From Macrostomum lignano (lineage: Eukaryota): a DNA stretch of 64,000 nucleotides. The translations under genes were made by a program, and so were the position numbers. Location of the stretch: assembly GCA_002269645.1 (NCBI GenBank), contig NIVC01000257.1:526011-590010 (forward strand). The letters are read 5' to 3'. Below the pieces are notes generated by a model. That model made no database searches. It had not been told where the DNA came from and was given only the letters and a program-made list of their open reading frames with translations. Below, one piece after another: positions 63,601-64,000 of the stretch. Numbering within the stretch: the first letter of the stretch is position 1; every line of letters begins with the position of its first letter.

Positions 63601-64000
63601 ACAGCTGGAGAGACAGGAGACACAGCTAGAGAGACAGAAGACACAGCTAAAGAGACAGGAGACACAGTGAGAGAGACATGAAACACAGCTGGAGAGACAG
63701 GAGACACAGTGAGAGAGACAGAAGACACAGCTGGAGAGACCGGAGACACAGCTAGAGAGACAGAAGACACAGCTGAGAGACAGGAGACACAGCTAGAGAG
63801 ACAGAAGACACAGCTAAAGAGACAGGAAGACACAGTGAGAGAGACATGAAGACACAGCTAGAGAGACAGAGACACAGCTAAGAGACAGGAGACACAGTGA
63901 GAGAGACATGAAACACAGCTGAGAGACAGAAGACACAGCTAGAGAGACAGGAGACACAGCTGAGAGGACAGAAGACACAGCTAAAGAGACAGGAGACACA
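51684..64000. repeat. 21-bp satellite (GAGACACAGCTAGAGAGACAG) with an 84-bp four-monomer higher-order repeat; extends beyond the window
   Basis: The antisense translation repeats VSPVSLAVSSVSLAVSPVSPAVFHVSLT (28 aa = 84 bp). More than 12 kb long. Confidence 0.97.

Noticed and set aside
51818-63999. Very long - strand ORFs (up to 1419 aa) of VSPVSLAV/SCVSCL repeats
   Set aside because: The antisense of the 21/84-bp satellite lacks stop codons in two frames. The ORFs swap frames at repeat indels and have no unique sequence or splice context.
1-64000. rRNA, tRNA or other structured RNA genes
   Set aside because: None recognised by eye; a covariance-model search (tRNAscan-SE, Infernal/Rfam) was not run.

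Overview
Eukaryotic (animal) genomic DNA: spliceosomal GT-AG introns, interstitial TTAGGG/CCCTAA tracts, and well over half the window in tandem repeats. Introns filled with minisatellites and Ala/Gln-rich exons suggest an invertebrate such as a Macrostomum-like flatworm (inference only). Main result: a + strand gene assembled by hand from 10 phase-compatible exons (25495-38665; 2648 nt plus 1 nt from a missing upstream exon = 882 aa + stop; 5' end not found). It encodes a ubiquitin-like (SPATA1-N-like) segment, a TIR domain with an intact catalytic-position Glu, a second degenerate TIR (Glu replaced by His), and a C-terminal SLOG (SMF/DprA-LOG) Rossmann-type domain. TIR enzyme plus SLOG sensor is the pairing used by bacterial type I Thoeris, here in one animal polypeptide. 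Other contents: (i) a ~633-bp tandem array (1-4078), each unit apparently carrying a symmetric phase-1 exon on the - strand; (ii) a head-to-tail cluster of non-autonomous Helitron/HINE-like elements (6.3-24.9 kb) with telomeric tracts and an expanded 22/23-bp minisatellite; (iii) a different minisatellite in each large intron of the TIR gene; (iv) unresolved GC-rich candidate exons at 42-51 kb; (v) a >12-kb 21-bp satellite with an 84-bp higher-order repeat running off the window end. Most long ORFs in the supplied track are repeat artefacts. Repeat boundaries are approximate (tens of bp). All domain calls are by eye from motifs; no database search was run.
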